From Candidatus Jordarchaeales archaeon (GTDB lineage: Archaea; Asgardarchaeota; Jordiarchaeia; Jordiarchaeales; Freyrarchaeaceae): 32,000 bases of DNA. Below the pieces are notes generated by a model, which saw nothing but the letters and a program-made list of their open reading frames with translations, ran no database searches and had not been told where the DNA came from. Below are positions 27,995 through 32,000 of the stretch, piece after piece. A program made the translations under genes and the position numbers. The DNA lies in contig JAWAHN010000003.1 in NCBI GenBank assembly GCA_038889235.1, positions 323,703 to 355,702 of the forward strand. Reading direction: 5' to 3'. Within the stretch, counting starts at the first letter, position 1; every line of letters begins with the position of its first letter.

Positions 27995-29148
27995 AGAAAC
28001 CTCGCTCCGCCACTAACCTCGTAGCTGGAGAGCTTATTTAGTTAACGCACAGTGCAATTCACACTTCACTAGTCAAAAAAGACTATTTCGTGGTCTTAGG
28101 GAACGGGAGCAAAATGGAGTGAAAGCTTAGGAGCCGGTGGGACGAAAACGTAAAGCAAGAGTTTTAGAGTTCTAAAAAAAAAAGGTAAAGTTTGTTTCTT
28201 GTCTTTATGAAGCGGTGGCTGGCTGAGCTTCCTCTTTTCGCTGTGACAGTCTTTGAGAACATAACTGCAAAAGTTCTTGAAAGATTTGTTAGAGGTTTGA
28301 GAGGTTGTTAAAGCGAATAAAATCTAACTTAGAATTCCGCCACCACGTTTCCTCTAAAACTATTACCTAGCACTGCTCCACGTCGCTACTAGTTCCACCT
28401 CGACTCAAGGCTGCTCTAGAGACAAAAAACACCGCAAGCAAATTCACAGCCAGCACATCCAACCACCTTTTTAACTAGAAGTTAGCGAGTGGAATATTCT
28501 AGGAGAAGACTTGAAAGCCTTAACTACAACCAGCCTTCAAGTGGGCTAAAAGCAACCTCTGCACGAACGATAAAAAAAACCGAAAAATAGTAGGAATAGA
28601 GAAGCTGGGATCATCTTTCTTTTGCCAACATTCTATCCGGCATTAATGCTTCCCCCTTAGCATAATAGGGGCCGTTAATCCAACCCTGCCGTCATCGTAG
28701 AAAACGAAAAGTGAAAGGGGAGCTTTTCACCCTTCTGGCGGCCAAGTAAAAACACAGGAAACAAGGGAGACATCACCAATACTCACCGGTGGAGTAGGGC
28801 TTAAGCTCAACCAGCACAACGATGGAGGAACTGATACCTAAACTTTCCAGCTTGCCACCTTAGTCGTCAAAATAGACTGAAAGGTATGGTCTCTTGGAGG
28901 AGAAAACGCTTGCCCCTTATCGAGTAGCAGAAATGTTAAAAATCTGATAGCCAAAATGGGGCTTTGCGAACGTTTTTGTCCTCTAATTACTACTATTATT
29001 CCTGTGATGGAGGATGCCACTTAAGTTATGGCTTTTATCATTTAATGCTGTTCTTCCATTGCGCTGGTGTTTATTACGCCACGTGTTTTATCGACATGTT
29101 TGAACATTGAAGAGGTGCGGCTCCCTGCTTTTGTTTTTCGGCATTGTT

Positions 29149-29847
29149 TTACTTTTTCTTAATGTATTTCTTGAGAGCGGTGAAGGCGCATCTCCGCACC
29201 CATTCGTCCTTGTCTCCCATCATGTCTTTGAGCTTCTTTACTACTCCTGGAGCGGTGAGCCCTCTTTCGGCGTACTTTGCGAGTGCGATTGCTGCTAGCC
29301 CGCACACTTTCTTGTCCTCGTCGCTTAGAAGCCTAACAAGTTTTTCAAGCGCACCTCGATCTGTCTTCTTTTTCGTAGCGTAGACTGCAAGTGCTATGGC
29401 TGCGTAGCCTCGTGTGGTGTTCTTCTCGTCATCCAGCAGCTTGACTAGCTTTTCTAGCGCTTTCGAGTCAACTATCCCTTTGTCAGCGTATTTTGCAAGC
29501 GCATAGGCCGCGTAACCTCGAACGAAGCCGTCCTCGTCTTCAAGCAGTTTAACAAGCTTCTTTGTAGCTTTCGGCTCCGTTAAGTTTCTGTCGGCATACT
29601 TTGCGAGGGCGTATGCGGCGTTCCCGCGCGTCACAGCGTTCTCGTCATCCAATAGCTCGACGAGTTTCTTGGGCACGCTGGGCTCAGTTACCCCTCTCAA
29701 GGCGTATTTTGCGAGCGCGTAGGCCGCGTAGCCGCGCATTTCTCCATCGTCAGAGTCCAGCATTTCGATGAGTTTTTCAATAGACTCTGGGATTGCAAAT
29801 CCTCTTTCAACGTACTCTACAAATCTTTCCGCCACATCCTCCCTCAC
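29149..29847 (-). CDS. HEAT-repeat protein
   Basis: Five complete 36-aa repeats plus one partial, consensus LVxLLxDExxxxRGYAAYALAKYA. Confidence 0.9.
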   Translation of the reverse strand: MREDVAERFVEYVERGFAIPESIEKLIEMLDSDDGEMRGYAAYALAKYALRGVTEPSVPKKLVELLDDENAVTRGNAAYALAKYADRNLTEPKATKKLVKLLEDEDGFVRGYAAYALAKYADKGIVDSKALEKLVKLLDDEKNTTRGYAAIALAVYATKKKTDRGALEKLVRLLSDEDKKVCGLAAIALAKYAERGLTAPGVVKKLKDMMGDKDEWVRRCAFTALKKYIKKK

Positions 29848-30429
29848 GCAGCCCCCACCTCAGACAGAAGCCAGAAGCTACCTTCCGAGTCTCTCTGGGA
29901 AGAAAGGGGATCTCGCAGGATTTATTTTTTGTGTTGCATTTAGAATGGATAACGCAAAGACTCGCGGGGGATCTGACCAGGGAAGACAGAGGGCATGAAT
30001 TTCCGCACTAAGTCAGCGAGTGACAACTCTACTAACAGTGAGCAAATAGCTTTACCACTCGGAGGTTTAAGTGGATCCGCACACATGGAGGCGCGGGCGG
30101 AATAGTAGACTAGCAAAGTAGCGTGCCACCGGACTCTTATTCTTCGTAGGGGCTATTTAGGGAAGCGAGTAGGCGAGACAAGAACCTTGGGTTTTTCAGA
30201 GGAGCTCTAAAAATTCTTTGCTGTTTTCTGGCAGTTTAGACGGCTTGGGTCACGTGAAATGTTGCTCGGCGCTCAACAGCGAGGCCTCGGTCTTTCAGCT
30301 TCCCCAGACTATTTGCCTACTTTTGAGTCCTAGTTAGAGAGGCTTCTGTTCACGTTTTTAAGAAGCTATTTATTTATGATGTTTGAATTACAGTATCACT
30401 TATTGTGGAACCTTTTCGGAGGGAGTTTA

Positions 30430-31965
30430 GTGGCTGGGTTTGTTGTTGCCTGGGATTTTGGGACAAGCAGCGTTAAGAGTGTTGTGTGCACGACTGAGGG
30501 CGAGATTGTCGGCTCCGCTGTGGCTGGTTACGAGCTCTACCATCCTCAGCCTGGGTGGGCGGAGCAGAATCCTAAAGAGTGGTGGGCTGCCGTTTCCAAG
30601 TCGACAAGGGAGGCTGTTGAAGCCGCTAAGGTTAGCGTGGGCGATATTGAGGCTGTCTCCATCTCGGCGCAGATGGCTGGACTGGTGCCAGTCGACCGGA
30701 GAGGGGAGCCGCTTAGGCCGGCGATAATATGGCTTGACAACAGGGCTGAGAAGCAGGCTAAGCAGCTGGCGGGCAACATAATTTCTATGCTTCTGACCTT
30801 TGTGAGGATAACTGGCGGGGCCCCGGGACCTAAGGATGTGGTATCGAAGATCGTCTGGCTTAAGGAGAACGAGCCGCAAGTGTTCGAGAAGGCGTACAAG
30901 TTCCTTGACGCGAAGGACTACATCATTTTCAGGCTTACAGGCAAGTACTACACTTCTTGGGACTGTGCAAGCGTAACTTGGATGTTTGACAGTAGGAAGG
31001 GGAAGATGAAATGGTCTGAGACTATATGCAGGAAGGCTGGCATACCAATAGAGAAGCTCTGTGAGCCTGTTCCGTCGCCTACGATAGTCGGTGAGTTGAC
31101 GGCTGACGCAGCTAAAGACCTCGGGCTTAAAGAGGGAACGCCGGTGGTCTGCGGTTGCGGGGACATCACGGCTGCTACCGTTGGGAGCGGGGCTGTGAGG
31201 GAGAAGCAGGTCCACGCGTATATAGGGACTAGCAGCTGGGTTGTGGCCCCTGTGAGGGACAGAAAGCTAAGCATAAGGTACTACATTGGCTCACTCTGCA
31301 GCGCCGACCCAACGAAGTACATTTTGGTTGGTGAACAGGAGTGCTCGGGTGTCTGCTACAGGTGGCTTAGAGACAATCTAGGTTACAAGTATGTGGTTGA
31401 AGGTGAAAGGGAGAGGCTGGAGGCTTACAAGATCATGGATAGGGTGGCGGCGGAGGCTGAACCAGGCTCGAAGAAATTGATCTTTACCCCGTGGATGTAC
31501 GGTGAGCGCTCACCTCTAAACGACCACACTGTTAGAGGCGGATTCATAAATTTGAGTCTGACGCATAGCGAGGCACATGTTTTGAGGGCGGTGCTCGAAG
31601 GGGTAGCATACCACATGCGGTGGATTCTTGAAGGGGTGCAGAAGCTCATAGGCAAAGTTACCTCGATCAACCTTATAGGAGGCGGGGCTCAAAGCGACTT
31701 GTGGTGCCAGATAATAGCAGATGTCACGGGGTCCGTGGTTAGGCAAATGAAGGACCCGCTGGAAGCGGGGTCCCGAGGCGCAGCACTCACAGCCTCCGTG
31801 GCTTTAGGCTACTACAAGAGCTTCGACGAGCTTGAGAAAGTCGTCCCGGTCAGAAAGGAGTTCGAGCCAAACCCGGCAAACAGGGAAATATATGACGAAC
31901 TTTACCAGAAGTTCAAATTGGTGTACAAAAAGCTGAAGAAGATGTACAAGGAGCTCAACAAGTAA
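30430..31965 (+). CDS. FGGY-family carbohydrate kinase (xylulokinase-like)
   Basis: WDFGTSSVK, PAIIWLDNRA, GDITAATVG, YIGTS, GERSP, RAVLEGVA and GGGAQSDLWCQIIADV are family motifs. Likely start is GTG 30430 after a GGAGGGAG RBS (track start 30376). Confidence 0.93.
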   Translation: MAGFVVAWDFGTSSVKSVVCTTEGEIVGSAVAGYELYHPQPGWAEQNPKEWWAAVSKSTREAVEAAKVSVGDIEAVSISAQMAGLVPVDRRGEPLRPAIIWLDNRAEKQAKQLAGNIISMLLTFVRITGGAPGPKDVVSKIVWLKENEPQVFEKAYKFLDAKDYIIFRLTGKYYTSWDCASVTWMFDSRKGKMKWSETICRKAGIPIEKLCEPVPSPTIVGELTADAAKDLGLKEGTPVVCGCGDITAATVGSGAVREKQVHAYIGTSSWVVAPVRDRKLSIRYYIGSLCSADPTKYILVGEQECSGVCYRWLRDNLGYKYVVEGERERLEAYKIMDRVAAEAEPGSKKLIFTPWMYGERSPLNDHTVRGGFINLSLTHSEAHVLRAVLEGVAYHMRWILEGVQKLIGKVTSINLIGGGAQSDLWCQIIADVTGSVVRQMKDPLEAGSRGAALTASVALGYYKSFDELEKVVPVRKEFEPNPANREIYDELYQKFKLVYKKLKKMYKELNK

Positions 31966-32000
31966 CTTACGTCTTAACCTTCAACTATTTTTGATTTTAT

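Noticed and set aside
28020-29140. 1.1 kb intergenic stretch with an A10 run at 28174-28183; possible ncRNA
   Set aside because: No stable structure, repeat or known RNA motif was recognised.
101-31746. Many antisense or overlapping ORFs in the track (e.g. 101..430, 5805..6197, 8363..8809, 14894..15409, 15810..16346, 22560..23033, 25500..25973, 30427..31215)
   Set aside because: They are shadows of well-supported genes on the other strand or frame and have no protein-like motifs.
1-32000. CRISPR array near csx1 or elsewhere
   Set aside because: No regularly spaced 24-40 bp direct repeats were seen in any intergenic region on reading by eye.

Overview
This is an archaeal window with frequent GTG/TTG starts, GGAGG/GGTGG-type RBS and TATA-like boxes. 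A longin-domain protein and expanded receptor-like membrane paralogues suggest an Asgard-type host, but that assignment is inference. From about 2 to 13 kb lies a partly decayed defence/toxin-antitoxin island. It holds a DUF2400 (endonuclease III-like) protein fused to a 4Cys motif and a PD-(D/E)XK-like nuclease, an orphan CARF-HEPN Csx1, two intact vapBC pairs, and remnants of vapBC, HEPN/MNT and DNA-methyltransferase genes. Metabolic genes include an acyl-CoA ligase (partial), a Glu/Leu/Phe/Val dehydrogenase, aconitase X small and large subunits, an FGGY kinase and a GT2. The most striking feature is at 14.85-19.06 kb. Two inverted paralogous 8-TM (7TM plus anchor) receptor-like genes flank a longin plus alpha-solenoid gene. 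The paralogues share three blocks of 100% nucleotide identity (67, 110 and 115 bp) separated by strongly diverged segments. An AT-rich multi-TM/PLD(HDR)-fold gene is split at an A7 run. I saw no CRISPR array, rRNA, tRNA, recombinase, reverse transcriptase or intact IS. All calls come from motif reading by eye; no database search was run.
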